A stretch of DNA of 64,000 nucleotides from Styela clava (taxonomy: Eukaryota): positions 12,028,001 to 12,092,000 of the forward strand of contig NC_135261.1 of NCBI RefSeq assembly GCF_964204865.1. The letters run 5' to 3'. Under the pieces are notes generated by a model that was given only the letters and a program-made list of their open reading frames with translations, did no database searches and was not told where the DNA came from. Shown piece by piece: positions 48,401 through 60,600 of this stretch. The position numbers and the translations under genes are program-made. How positions within the stretch are numbered: position 1 is the first letter of the stretch; each line of letters starts with the position of its first letter.

Positions 48401-51102
48401 GAAACTATTCATTTATGAATGATTGACATGAAACTCCGAAAAATACCTTGCTAAAACATAAAAAAATTCATCGCCCTGAGGTTACACAGACAGTAAACAT
48501 ATGAAAGCTTGTGACCAACTGATAACGATAGCTGAAAATTTAAATTTTTTGGTATTCACTCATAGCTTTGAAGACACTTATTTAGGCCAACTGATTCACT
48601 TGACTTGATACTTGATACATTTTTTGCATTAAACATTTATTTTAATGAATTTTAATGATTTTCATTATTTTTCTTTAGACGTGAACTCGAGGAAGATGGA
48701 TTGATATGTGATCCATTGAAAGCCATGCATGCAATAGAAGGTGTTACTGCTCACGAAATGTGTCATTATTTCTGGGATACTGACGTTAGAATGGAATGGG
48801 AAGGTACATTCTTTTTTCATTAAAAATTAATTATAATACCAAATTCGACAATTTGGCCTTCTGGGTCAGTACCTAACTAGTTGTTAATCCAAGCCCATCC
48901 CATCTGATAAATTAATTTGTGAAGCGATGATAAAAAATGTTTGTTTTTTGTTACCATAGCAACAATTGAAAGTTTCCGTGTATTGGATGCTCCTGATGAT
49001 CACACATCTATCATTTATCAAACACATAAAAGAGTTTGGCCTGCGTCACAACGAGATTGTCTTTATTTATCATCGTTAAAGAAGGTTGGTATTAATTATG
49101 GATGGTTGGTATACACTGGGCTTGGATACTGTTTGTATAAAGGCTTTGATTGCTTGATATTGATAATGTTCTAAATTTTATTATTAGAACTACCTCCTAA
49201 TTTCAAATTTTTGATGTAGAATTGAAATTGAATTAGAAGTAGAGATGTTGTGAGACCCTAGGGACCATTTGAATTATTGGGCTTCCATCTAGACAGCGGT
49301 TTTGATTACATCTGTATATACTGAATAAAATGTTTGGAATTTTTACTTACACTCACAAAATTCTTTGTTTGGTGATCAATTTCTTCTCCATGCCGAGTCT
49401 TTTATAATCATAAGTCATGGTAACTTGATGCATAGTAATACTCTATACTCTACATAATATTATTCTTGGATATGAAACAAGCTTAACTTTATTTAAAAAA
49501 GGAATCTAATCAAATAATTAATTTTTTATTTTGAATCAGGTCGACGATATGATTCCGGAAGGTATGGTACAAAATCCAAAACCACACGATACGTACATTG
49601 TTTGTAATTTCTCTGTTGATCACCCTGATAACAATGTAAGTAGTTTTAGATTTATTTACCTGCAAATTAAAACTATCTTTTTATTACTATCAGTAGAGGT
49701 TGCGCGAGACTAACTCACAATCCTTTCTCAATGCCTTCGCGCTAGTGGATTCATACGCGTATAATGCAAGGATGCTGATTTGTAAACTGCTTGTCTGAAG
49801 AAGTCTGATTTTGGTCAGACGAAACGTTACAGAAATACATTTGTGTTAGCAGGACTCTTGTATTGCAAAGTATCCCAATATTATTGTACTGTTGAACTAT
49901 TTTCAGTGGCTCAAAATGCTTTTTCTACTATTTTTCAACATTGTTAAACTTTTCTTATTTTGATATTGTCAATTAATAATCAATGTTATCATATTAATTG
50001 TAGCCTGTCGCGGGATGTTTACGAGCAATCATCAGTATAGCATTAATATGTGAAACCTATGTTACACCGCCACCTAATGGAGGACCAATTGATAGAAACT
50101 GCCTCAAATGCAAAATTGTTTATGTCGCTAACAGTAAGTTATTTTCAAGTATTGTGCTTTGCTTCAGAATTAGCTTGTCCATCAGTCTCCAGTATTGCTT
50201 CTAACAACCACAGGCTAAAACAGACCCTTTGTAGCTATATATTGTTATTGGACATGGAGTGGATCTATAGATCGTTTTGGCATTATGTTGTTGTTGATTT
50301 TGTTAAAATTATTTTTCTTGTTCTTATTGTTATGAAATGTTGTTATTCGCTCATCTCTTTAATTGCTTTGAAATTTTCAGTAGCTATAGATTGTTTTTTG
50401 ATGCTAGAAGATCATTAGATTTATTTTTTTTCAAGATTTCTGTGGGTTCTATGGGATTTTTTTTTGTGTCCGAGGACGTCATCAAAAATATAAATTGTGC
50501 ACCTTGTGGCGGTTGGCGTACGCTGCTATCTAAGTTTACTATTTTAACAGTAAATTCATGACTTTACTCTGTTAAATTCATCACTATATCACGAATTAGA
50601 TACAAAATATACCAACATGAAATTTAGAAATTGAGGAGTGGTTGTCGACCAGAAAATTTTTAGATCAAAATTGAGATCTATATTCAAAGTTGTAGTTGGA
50701 AAAATTTTTGACTCCATATACAAGTCAGACTTTGTACTGGCGGAACGATATAGAATCAAATTAGTGGGAGAATGATATAAAAATATCTCAACCACTAAAT
50801 TATTGTTGCAGTCAGTGCATACTGGCTGCAAGAAAAGAGCAGTAATCAACCTAATATGCTAAAAAAATTTTGATACGTCTTGTTCTCTTTTTGATACAAT
50901 GTCCGTATTTGATTGAATATAATACAGATTTGTCTTAGATCGTACCTTACAAAGTCATATTTTTTTTATTTCAGTTAATCCCGGAGGTTGGGCACCAGCT
51001 GCAGTTTTGAGAGCTGTATATAAACGTGAATATCCCAAGTTTTTGAGGAGGTTTACCGCTTATGTCAAGGACAAAACAAAGAACAGAGAGATCTTGTTTT
51101 AA
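33429..51102 (+). CDS. CERT1: Ceramide transfer protein (COL4A3BP): PH, serine-rich motif, FFAT and START domains; 14 exons, 598 aa (+8 with the microexon)
   Basis: Exons 33429-33559, 34245-34347, 36555-36671, 42711-42816, 44259-44396, 45034-45122, 45776-45919, 46722-46904, 47668-47849, 48679-48803, 48960-49084, 49540-49635, 50004-50133 and 50975-51102 are all in phase. Motifs: [62 protein letters not shown] (FFAT), [18 protein letters not shown]. Confidence 0.96.
37314..37645 (+). mobile_element. tRNA-derived SINE, old CpG-decayed full-length copy in a CERT1 intron
   Basis: Colinear with the 28915 copy from the head (gtgtggc..gctaagc) to the tail (aatatgtaaatcc). Confidence 0.85.
38041..38064 (+). 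other. CERT1: Candidate 24-nt in-frame microexon of CERT1 (DNGYLMWR)
   Basis: CTAAT branch-like motif, acceptor ttttcttcag, 24 nt with no stop, then a consensus donor gtaagt. Phase 0/0 matches flanking exons 3 and 4. Confidence 0.6.
47273..47475. mobile_element. Mutator-like (MULE) MITE in CERT1 intron 8
   Basis: Inverted ends GGTTCCATTACATTTGAACCCA / TGGGTTCAAATGTACGGTCACC with a repeated ATTTGAACCCA motif; perfect 9-bp TSD AATTTATAC (47264-47272, 47476-47484). Confidence 0.85.
49791..49832 (+). ncRNA. Minimal type I hammerhead ribozyme motif, sense strand of CERT1 intron 12, within a ~90-bp repeat (49783-49867)
   Basis: TTGT-CTGAAGA-A-GTCTGA-TTTTGG-TCAGAC-GAAAC-GTT-ACAG. Both core boxes are intact, stem II is a perfect 6 bp, stem I is UUGU/ACAG, and stem III is the palindromic AACGUU. 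Confidence 0.75.
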
Positions 51103-51819
51103 TTTTACTTTAAACAACGTCAATAACAGTATTTAAAAACTAAAAATAATGTATTGGTCACAGAAACACCATCAAGTTGCATCAAGAGCCAGAAATTTTA
51201 GAATTCATATACTTTAATAGAAAACGATCAAACGTGTATGTGATATTCCATATGATATTGAAAAAAACAATGTTGTACAAACTTATTTCCATTTTTCTCT
51301 ACGTGAATTAAATTGTATATGATATGCAACATTGCACCCATTGATGATGTATAATACTGGATAATTTTTTATTTGAACATTCTGGAAAAGTACTTGAATA
51401 TGGAATATATTTTAAATGCAATTCGACCTTCGATAATGAACGCTCCAAAATTTTTGTATTTTATTACCAGAATTGTTTTTAATTTCAAGAAGTAAGCTTC
51501 TTTTTCAAACATGAAGATAATATAAATAATATAAAAAATGATCTCAAAACATGTATACAATATCCAAATGTTAAATCCTAAATGTTGCGTTGTATTTTGT
51601 CATTCTAACATGCATATCTTAATTCAATTTAATCAACTCTCAATAATTTACTAGCGTAGCAATTAAGTTGAAACATTTAATATAACATGGGACCTTTGAA
51701 AGCAACCGAAATTTGGCACTCGCTTATAAATTACTGTAATATTTGCATTTTTTTAATTGTAAACATACAATTGGCAATTGCAGTGTACATACACATGGCT
51801 TTAGTTGAAAAATATGTAT

Positions 51820-51872
51820 GTCAGAGTAGACACGTTACAGAAATATATTTGTGTTAGTGTGCAGCAAGACTA
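51820..51872 (+). repeat. Decayed copy of the hammerhead-bearing repeat (core lost) downstream of CERT1
   Basis: acgttacagaaatatatttgtgttagtgtgcagcaagact matches the 3' half of the 16.7 kb and 49.8 kb copies. Confidence 0.75.
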
Positions 51873-54800
51873 CCTATCGAATTATACAATTTCTTGTCGT
51901 AATTTTTTACTTGCTAAAATTTCCTTTATGTTTGTTTTGTCCAAAATCCATAGATGCTCGGATTCATAATTGCTGTTTTTTCTTAGCCCCAAGTTTCTTT
52001 TTTCATTGTAACTAACCATTTTCATCCGTAAAATACTGACATTAAAATCTGAACAAACATGGGGTGAAGTGCGAAACAACTACTGACCATGTGCATAATC
52101 CTTTGCTTAACAATACACATTTAGATGAATTTTCATTGCTAATCTTTCATTTTTGTATGTAAGAATTTATTTCTATGTCATTATCAGTTGCTGAATGATT
52201 AAAAACAGTTTTAAACTTTTTTTTTCTTGTTTTCAGTATGTTCGCAAATTTTTTTTTTGCAGTGTATTTTGTATCTCTGAATCAATGCAAAAGATTTCTA
52301 GTTTCTTTTTTTACCTATAAGGGTTCTAAATATTGCTTTGTTCCGTAATATCCTTTGTTATCTCAACTCACTTAAAAGATAAATATTTCAGATTGAAGAC
52401 CTTATGCAACCCCTTTTTGAACACAAAGATGGTTCTGAATCTCGATTATGTGATGTCTGGGATATAATCAACACATAATGGCTAGGTTTGCGTCATCACT
52501 TATTTTACGGCTAGACAAAGATTGTATTAGGGTCCTCACTCTTTCAGGTGCGTGGCCAAGTTGTTAACACGTTAGATGTCCGCCATCCCAGGATGTAATG
52601 AATTGGTAGGTCGAACTGAGATATTCTCGGCCTTTCAGACTAAGTAGCTCCATACATAGAAAAATAAGCATATATATGTTGTATAAAAAAAGTAAATCTA
52701 TGACCTATAGGAGAAATACCCTTTCACATAATTTTGTACATTTTTATCTGTAATGTTTTGTCAAAAATTCAAAAACGTGTGCCTATCTCGGGCTAATTTT
52801 CGCTTCCCTCTGAATTCTCACCAACTTTTTATCTCTTTATTGATTTGTATTATTTGAATATGATGGCCAAAGCTGGCTGGATGAATATTTAATGTTTTGC
52901 CTCTTGCTATATTTTGCAAATAGAATATTTTTTTTCATGCACACATTAACGTTATACAAAGGGTGGTACTGTAACTATTACTTACTGATAATTGTTTGTT
53001 ACGCATGAATAAATTTTATATATGCATCTTTTCTTATCACTTTGAGTTTTAAAATAATGCAAAAGCTGAACTACTTAGAAAATTAATATCTCTTTGCTGC
53101 CAAGGACCCATACATGTACCTATATCATTCTAAATCTGGGCTGGTAGTGGGTACCATTACGCCATATTATTGGCTCACCTCAGTGTTCCTCTTGGTACGG
53201 CCAACTTTTCTCATGACCCTCCCAAATAAAACCTTTCATGAGATCAATGTGCTTGCATATTTTCACACAAAAGAATCTTGGTTATATTGTGATGATTGTG
53301 GGTTCTGTACTGGTTCCAAATCTTTCATATTTGATCGATATTTTGTTTTAACATAAATGAACACAGAATAAGATTTTACCCCATTGAGCCGTTTATCCTA
53401 ACCAAGCAGTAAACTATTGATATAGGAGTGGGATAGGGTCAGCTGATGTGATAGGCAGAGTTTCTTATGAGCTTGATAAATATGGATAGAGAATTGATTT
53501 TATCTCTGCAATAGTACAAAAGGATTGCAATATGCAGTAAAGAAAGGTTGTCAAAACTTCAAAGGAGGCTTGATGCATGAGACAAGCGTACTGCACTGGT
53601 AATCTCCCCTCAATATACGTCAAAAAAGAGGATAAGATACTCTCTAATTTGGGGGTGTCATACGTCAGCTTTTTTCCCGACATGTCCGGAATTTCAGTGA
53701 CCAAATCTCCACCAGGATAAAATGTGCTTAAATGTCCGGGATTTTTTAATAATTCGTTTTATTTGGTTAGTTAGTCATCCAATCCCTTGTTTTTGATTTT
53801 TTGGGAATCTAATGAACCAACAGAATTTTTGATTTGCTAACCAGGAACATTTTCTCCGTTCCATACAAACACAAAGCTGTCGCTGTTTCAAATGGCATCT
53901 CAGTTAAACATTACAATGCAGTAAGAGGAATTTCCTCAACTAAAGGAAAAAATTATTGTGTACCGTTGAAATTATTTTGTACCGTTGAGACCATGAAAAA
54001 AATTGTAAAGCTTAAGTACAACTTGATTTGTCTTGTGGAGAATACTTTGTGATTTTTGAAGTCCAATGAGAGTTTGTTGAAGAACATTGAAACTTCGGGA
54101 AAATATACGCAGTCAGAGAAAGTAGGTATTGTTTGTAAAAAGAGACTCCACTTTTGACCTGAACTGGCATTGAAATCAGTGCCTCAAAAAATGTCGTGTC
54201 CCGCGCTTTTTATACCACTGTTGGGATTCAGTCAATGTTCAGGGTTAGGATAGATAGAGTATTTGAGTTAAAGTCCTCTTTCACTACTAACATATGGTTC
54301 ATACAATTGGTACACAATATTTCTGAGGCAACATGGTAATTCAGGATTTCGTATATAGTCTGCTTACGGTTTCAATGTATGAAATGTGGTGGACACTCCC
54401 TGGACATGGTGAATATATATTTCCTTCAAGTGAGGTAGGTATAGAATATGGTTATCTTAAATACAGTCCACCAGTAAATGTCAGGTAATTTCAAATTAGC
54501 ATGTCCAGAGGTTCTCAAACTTTAGATGTTATGGAATTAAAATTACTTTATTTAATGACGAGATGTATTTACTGCTTTGTATTTAAAAAATATTAGACAT
54601 TTCTTAATAAAAGCAGGAAATGAATCTAAATTTCATAGATAAATTATATTAACTCACTTACATTTGACAAGCATATAGTGTTGAAATAGGGTAACAAGGC
54701 GATAATTAAAATATGGTATTATCTATTCTGTCCATTGGATCTTATAGATAATGTCATATGCGAATAACCACCCTGTTGGCCACTACTGTTGTCAAATTTT

Positions 54801-55169
54801 ATTAATGCTGTTATTGCTTCTTTGGACAGTTGCAAAATTATCCAAGTCAGTACGAACAGCTCGCCGAGCCCTGGGGCTCCATTTGGAGCAATTTGAGATT
54901 CTAACATAGCGGAAAATTCTCCTTTCACCAGTAAAATAATTTCAAACTAATGATTCACCTAAATTTTTCTTTATTCAAAGTAACAGAAAATAATTTCACA
55001 ACAATCATGACTTTATTTGCAAAGACAAACCAAATAAATAGTCACATAAAGACCCCACAATTTGTTGTCGAAAATTTTTCTGCATTGATAACATCCACAA
55101 CAGAACTAGTACAATTGCATGCAATATTTATATAAAATTTAGCTTCAACACAAAAAATAATAACAATCA

Positions 55170-57010
55170 TCATCTGTCTCTCTCTTCTTTAATCTTCTGT
55201 TCTTCTAAACTTGTTACAATATTATTAACTTGTACAAAATATTCAGATAATTGGCGAGTCTGTAATGTAAAAATTCCCATGAAAAATGGTTATATATATA
55301 TTACAGAGGTCAAAAATAGCATTTTTAATATTTTGCCTAATTTAAAAAACTCACCAAATCATTATAACGATTTAGAAGTCCAGCGATGTCACTGCCCAAA
55401 TTTTCAGTTTCCTCCTGCAAGATAATTATTTTAAAATATTTTGCTTGCAAAATCCATTCAGTTGCGAAAGCTATAATCGATGTTCGTGGGATGCTACATG
55501 GCTATTGATTATTCCCTCACTACTATTATTATGAGGAAATGGCTACTGCTTTTTAAACTCTCATTTTTGTATACATTATGTACAAAACATAATATCAAAC
55601 AGTGGTATTTGATAAGGCTCTCACCAATTTCTTAACACAAGCACTAACACCTTTATAGTCCTATATTGTAACATCAGCTTGATTGCATTGTGAAAACTTG
55701 CGAAACAAGATCAATGAAAATGAAAGGTTTTCGTTATACAAATTTCAAGTCAAGTTGCAACAAGCTAAAAAATTATCAAAATTTACCATTTGTTCTATCT
55801 GTTTCAGCTGAAGTTGGTTTGCTTTCGGTAAATGCTTTCTATAATCACAGATGTGTTCACTATTCAATACTGCAGATAATTGTTTGACTTGTTGTAACTG
55901 TTCTGTAATATTTTTAATCTCATCTTCAATGAGAATAATATAATCACGTTGAGCTGATACATCAAGCTCTTCACTCTCGACAAATCCAGGTTCCAAGTAC
56001 TCCTGAATCTCTGGAACTGAGAAATTTCGAAAATGAGTTGTAATACTATTAAAATATTCATTTACTTATTTTTATAAGATGCTTATTCGCGCCTTTTGCA
56101 ACAAAAATTTCCCTATACATGATATGTGTGGAACCATATTTTCTGAAATACCCAAAATCTTCCTAGCTCTGCATTACCTACCAAATTTTTTTGCTCTCTG
56201 GATGAGGCAAACAAATTCGCATGAAAATCTGCACTGTTGCCCCCCTTGGGAAGGGTCATTGGTGGGGAAACAGTGCGCTAGGCCATATGAAAACATAAAT
56301 CAACAATTGTATTTTGTATGAATAATATGGAATATTAGTTGTGCAGAGCATAAGCAAGTTGGAATTGCAACAAACTGTTTAAAAACCAGCGTGCTGCAAA
56401 AAAGCAATGCATCCAGATACCACTTCATAGACGTTTAACTTTTATGTTTATGTGAGATCAATGGGTAATAACGGTTACTTATATATGATGAAAAGCTTGC
56501 TTGAAAAAAATTAGTATACCTCTTTTGAAAACCAAGTTAACTCTCTCTCTTTTACTTGCCAAGTTGTTTAATGCTTCATTCAAGGATGATAGAGAATCAA
56601 TCAACTGAAAAAAAGTTAAAACAATTAGGAGGAAGTTATTATAACTCGTTGAAAAGAATATTTGACTGCTTGTTGATAATCATTGAATGTATTATTGCCC
56701 AGTACAGAAATGATCCAACAGATCAAAATAAATGCTTAAGTAGAGCTTGTTTTGTCCTTGTCCAGAGAAAATATATTGGAATTACTTTTTGTCTCTTTGA
56801 AAGTAAATTTAAGTCCGATTTTACGTAAGGATACTATTTCATATACTGCGAAAAGTACCTTAATCACATTGAGGCAGTGTAATTCATCTCTATTTATATA
56901 TATGGCATTGAAATTATATCTTAGCTTACAATTTTATTATCATCTGGACATATTGATTCTTCCAAGGCCACCAATCTTTCTTCAAGTTTTTCCAACGTCA
57001 AAGTAGCCAT
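55170..57010 (-). CDS. DCTN3: Dynactin subunit 3 (p22/p24), 5 exons, 181 aa
   Basis: Exons 57010-56930, 56604-56520, 56016-55787, 55414-55355 and 55259-55170 are in phase. The spliced protein MATLTLEKLEERLVALEE..ALNNLASKRERVNLVFKR..EYLEPGF..VLNSEHI..LLNRYN..LSEYFVQ matches the DCTN3 pattern as I recall it (SKRERV, YLDP, LDSAHI, LLEEYN, LSKQFVQ). Confidence 0.88.
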
Positions 57011-58020
57011 TTGTTATATGAAATTTGTTGTAATATATAATAATCTAAATATTATGTACAAAATTGAAGAAAACAATAAAAAGTGTGGGCCAACATTTTC
57101 ATCACACATATAGTTAAAGAAAAGTAGTGTAAAAAATCCCAAAACACAAAAAAAGAAAACAATGCTCCCTTTTTAAAGTCATGTTTCTATCATTACAGAT
57201 AGACATTAAGCAAAATATTACTCTGCGTAGGTATAAAAACGCAAGTTTTACATTTTACAAGAATGATACAATATCAAATATATTTGAACAATATTATATT
57301 CCCATCATACCTCAAAACTTCTTATAGCATAAAGCAAATTTATAAATGATGATTAATGAATAATTATTTAACCTTGTCAGACCAAAAGATGGACTTGCTA
57401 TGCAAACAGTAAATCAGCTAGGATTGTTTAGGATATAACAGTAGGACAAATAGCAGAAAACCGTCTTGCAAAATGTTTAGCACCCAATGTAAAATTAAAT
57501 TGACAAAAAGTGATCACCCAATCTTCACCATTTCGCAAAGTGAATCTGAAACATTGAAACTAACAAAAAAATTGTTGCAAAAAAAGATTTATAATCTAGT
57601 GATTTTTACTGTGAAAATACAGAAGCATGCATTTGGCAATATAAATACCATTAAACTAAAAACTATCAATGTGAAAGTTTTGAAAATCAATGAGTTTAGT
57701 GATGCAACCGACTGTCCTTGTATCAAAAATTTTAAATAAACATTTTTAAATAAACAACTCAACCACTTACAGTTTGTCAAAATCAACACAAGCTAAATTA
57801 AATGGAAGATAAAAACGACCCACAAATTGATTGATACCTTGTACGGTCCATCAAGGCATTTCACCTTCAAAATTAGCTATAAGTCTTAATTTGCAACTTT
57901 TAAATTTCACTAATAGCTTTTTTTGATTGTTAAAATCTTTACAAACAAGTTTTTATAAACAATTGAAAGTTCGGAAAAATGATTGTTCAAAATTTACATT
58001 GTTATATCTTTCATATAAAC

Positions 58021-59544
58021 TTATTTGTTGTGCCTTTTTTCATGTTCTTTCAAGTTCTGTCTAAGTACGAAGGCTTTTCCACAGAAAGAGCATTGAAACG
58101 GTCGTTTTCCTTCGTGAAATTTCATATGTCGAGTAAATGACTGCCGATAAGTGAAACTCTTCCCACATGTTGTACAAAGGAATGGTTTTTCTCCACGATG
58201 TCGTCGTTCATGATCTTTCCAAGTTTTTTGATCAGCAAAAGAATTGCCACAGAATGTGCACATGTAAGGTTTTTCTCCAGTGTGAACACGATTGTGGGCT
58301 TTCAGACTTGATTTTTCTTTAAATTCCCTCCCACATATGGAGCAAAGATGCAATGGCTTGACAATGCCATGAAGTTTGGCCTGATGTTGACTCAATTCTT
58401 TTTTCTTCATGAATGAGGTAGCACACAAGTTGCAGTTATAAACTTTCTTTCCCTTATATTTTTTCCCATTGTTTTTCTTCGGAGGTGTAGTTTCTGAAGC
58501 TTCTGGATGTGTTAAAATATGAGTGCGTAATTGTTCAGCGGTCTCAAATTGTTCAGCACAATATTTACAGAAAAGGGTTTCAGGATGACGACTGTTATAG
58601 TGCCTGACAAGATGCCCTTTTGAATTGTACATAATTCCGCAAACAGCACAGACAAATGTTCGCTTTTGTTTTCCTCGTTTGCCTCTCTGTGGAACTGGAG
58701 ATATACTCACATATTGCGAGTCATCAACGTAATCATCAATATCTTCTTCATCATCATCATTTGCTACATCAGCTAACAATGAAGCTACTGCTCCAGCCCT
58801 CGCTGCAGCTGCCCGCTCTGGACGTCGTCGAGTTTTGTTATCTTTGTGCTCTGACATATGTGTAATCAGATCGGCTTCTGTATCGCATATTTCACTGCAA
58901 ATTACACAGTATAAAATACCATGTGTTTTTGCATAATCCACTGTTTGTGTAACATGTTCTTTTACTGTCTCAACTGGTAATTTTTCAATATTAGCATCAA
59001 CATCTTCAGATGGTTCATCAATTTGCTCAGACATGATTTGATCAGCATTTTGTTCTTCAGATTCTGAGGTGGTAATTGGATCCCCAATTTTTTCTTGATT
59101 ATTTGTAAAAGTTTCCAACAAACTGTCATTTAAATTACTGGATTCCAGCATTTCCAAATTTGACATAGGCGGCCTATTGGAAGTTTGTGCTGGTTGAAAC
59201 TCCGTGGGAATGTCCTCCATTTTGTACAATTTTGCCGCATGCAAAACTTGGCTGCGTTTTTCTTCATCATTGTAGACTTCGTCAGGAAATTTATCAGTAT
59301 AAATGAAGCACAACAAGGACGATAAGGCATACGCAGTCACACCATGCAATTGAATCGAAAGCTTTGATAAATTTGGGTCTTCTGCTGCTGATGATTGTAG
59401 AATCGCCTCCAAAACCCAAGAAGCTGCCGCAACAACGCAGCTGTGTGCCTTGAAGTAGGAACTCTCTACCTGAATGTGCAAATCGCAGTACTTGCCACTG
59501 AGAAACTGTTTATACAGCTTGCTACGAATGTTCAACTTGTCCAT
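58021..59544 (-). CDS. ZBTB-type transcription factor: BTB domain plus 8 C2H2 zinc fingers, single coding exon, 507 aa
   Basis: BTB motifs YCDLHIQVESSYFKAHSCVVAAAS and LLCFIYTD; eight CxxC-x12-HxxxH/HxxxxH fingers with TGEKPY, RGEKPF and EGKRPF linkers. First true ATG at 59544. Confidence 0.93.
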   Translation of the reverse strand: MDKLNIRSKLYKQFLSGKYCDLHIQVESSYFKAHSCVVAAASWVLEAILQSSAAEDPNLSKLSIQLHGVTAYALSSLLCFIYTDKFPDEVYNDEEKRSQVLHAAKLYKMEDIPTEFQPAQTSNRPPMSNLEMLESSNLNDSLLETFTNNQEKIGDPITTSESEEQNADQIMSEQIDEPSEDVDANIEKLPVETVKEHVTQTVDYAKTHGILYCVICSEICDTEADLITHMSEHKDNKTRRRPERAAAARAGAVASLLADVANDDDEEDIDDYVDDSQYVSISPVPQRGKRGKQKRTFVCAVCGIMYNSKGHLVRHYNSRHPETLFCKYCAEQFETAEQLRTHILTHPEASETTPPKKNNGKKYKGKKVYNCNLCATSFMKKKELSQHQAKLHGIVKPLHLCSICGREFKEKSSLKAHNRVHTGEKPYMCTFCGNSFADQKTWKDHERRHRGEKPFLCTTCGKSFTYRQSFTRHMKFHEGKRPFQCSFCGKAFVLRQNLKEHEKRHNK

Positions 59545-60232
59545 TTTATACAAAGTTGTAGGGGAAACCCGATAACAACGCAGAGTTCCCTTCAAAAGAT
59601 CAAGAATGCGAACAACGGCCGCGTTTCACATACAATGGGTGGTCCCAGAATGCAATGGCCAATCTGCTTTGAGCATCGGGCACATGTTTATCTATGACAT
59701 GCGGAAAAAGTGTTTCAAATTTTTCGATATTTTTTTTACGTTTAGTGAGCATATTTTAAAATGTGTAGCAACTAGCAACCATTCTCAAAAAATCTCGGAT
59801 TAAGTTTTCGAAGTATATATAAAGTTGTGAAAGTAAGATTTCTGCATTTTTTAAATTAGCAGTAGAATTAAAAAGAGAGATATTCTGGGATTGGTCTACA
59901 AAAGTAGAGTTTAGGATGCATTCTTCAAATCTTCAGAGTGCCGTCGTAAGGTAACGAAGCATTGACAAGGCAGAGCCATAATGGCTCTGGACAAGGTATG
60001 GGAAAATAGAATTTGAATAATATGGTATACTTTCGTATCGTTTTACTTTTGGTAACCTTTTTTTAGTTTCAATTGAAATATTGATTAAATTTATGTTACA
60101 ATTGTTTTTTGAAAACCGAAAACAGGTAGCCTAAAGCCAAAAATTATACTCAACGCCAGTTGTTAGCGTGTTTTAATGACTATATGGAAATTAAACTGCA
60201 CCATGCACATTCTGCTGTTAAAGTAAGATAGA

Positions 60233-60346
60233 ATTTTCATATTTATCCTGGGGGGAGGGGAGAGCCGATAAGCCGGCTTAGTAATATGGCGACCCACGGC
60301 CTCTTTTCCTGTTACCAGTCCATGTCGGTTATGGCATTAGTTAGCC
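60233..60346 (-). mobile_element. 3' fragment of the tRNA-derived SINE
   Basis: The reverse complement matches ctaactaat..accgacatggactggtaac..gaggccgtgg.tcgccatat..ttatcggct..ggataaatatg. Confidence 0.8.
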
Positions 60347-60600
60347 AAGCTCCAATAATTATCCTATGAACCAATTATTATCCTAGATAGTCGGTTAAAT
60401 CGTATTTAGCGACATATTATCACGTACGAGCACAAGCAGACGTCGTTGGTGTTTGGTCGCGCGCACTCCCTCAGGAATATGGGAGATTGTACTTTGAGTG
60501 AAGTTATATGTGATTAATAAAGTGCCGAAACTACGGAGACTATAAATTAATGTAGGTACGTATGGAACGTTTTGTGTTAATGTTGTTGATCTTTCTATGG

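Noticed and set aside
53060-54930. Short ORFs between CERT1 and DCTN3 (53114, 53465, 53834, 54719)
   Set aside because: No recognisable domain or consistent exon chain; part of the region (~53650-53740) resembles a hAT subterminal remnant.
59545-59595. N-terminal extension of the ZBTB ORF
   Set aside because: Non-ATG start; the first ATG is at 59544, just before the BTB domain.
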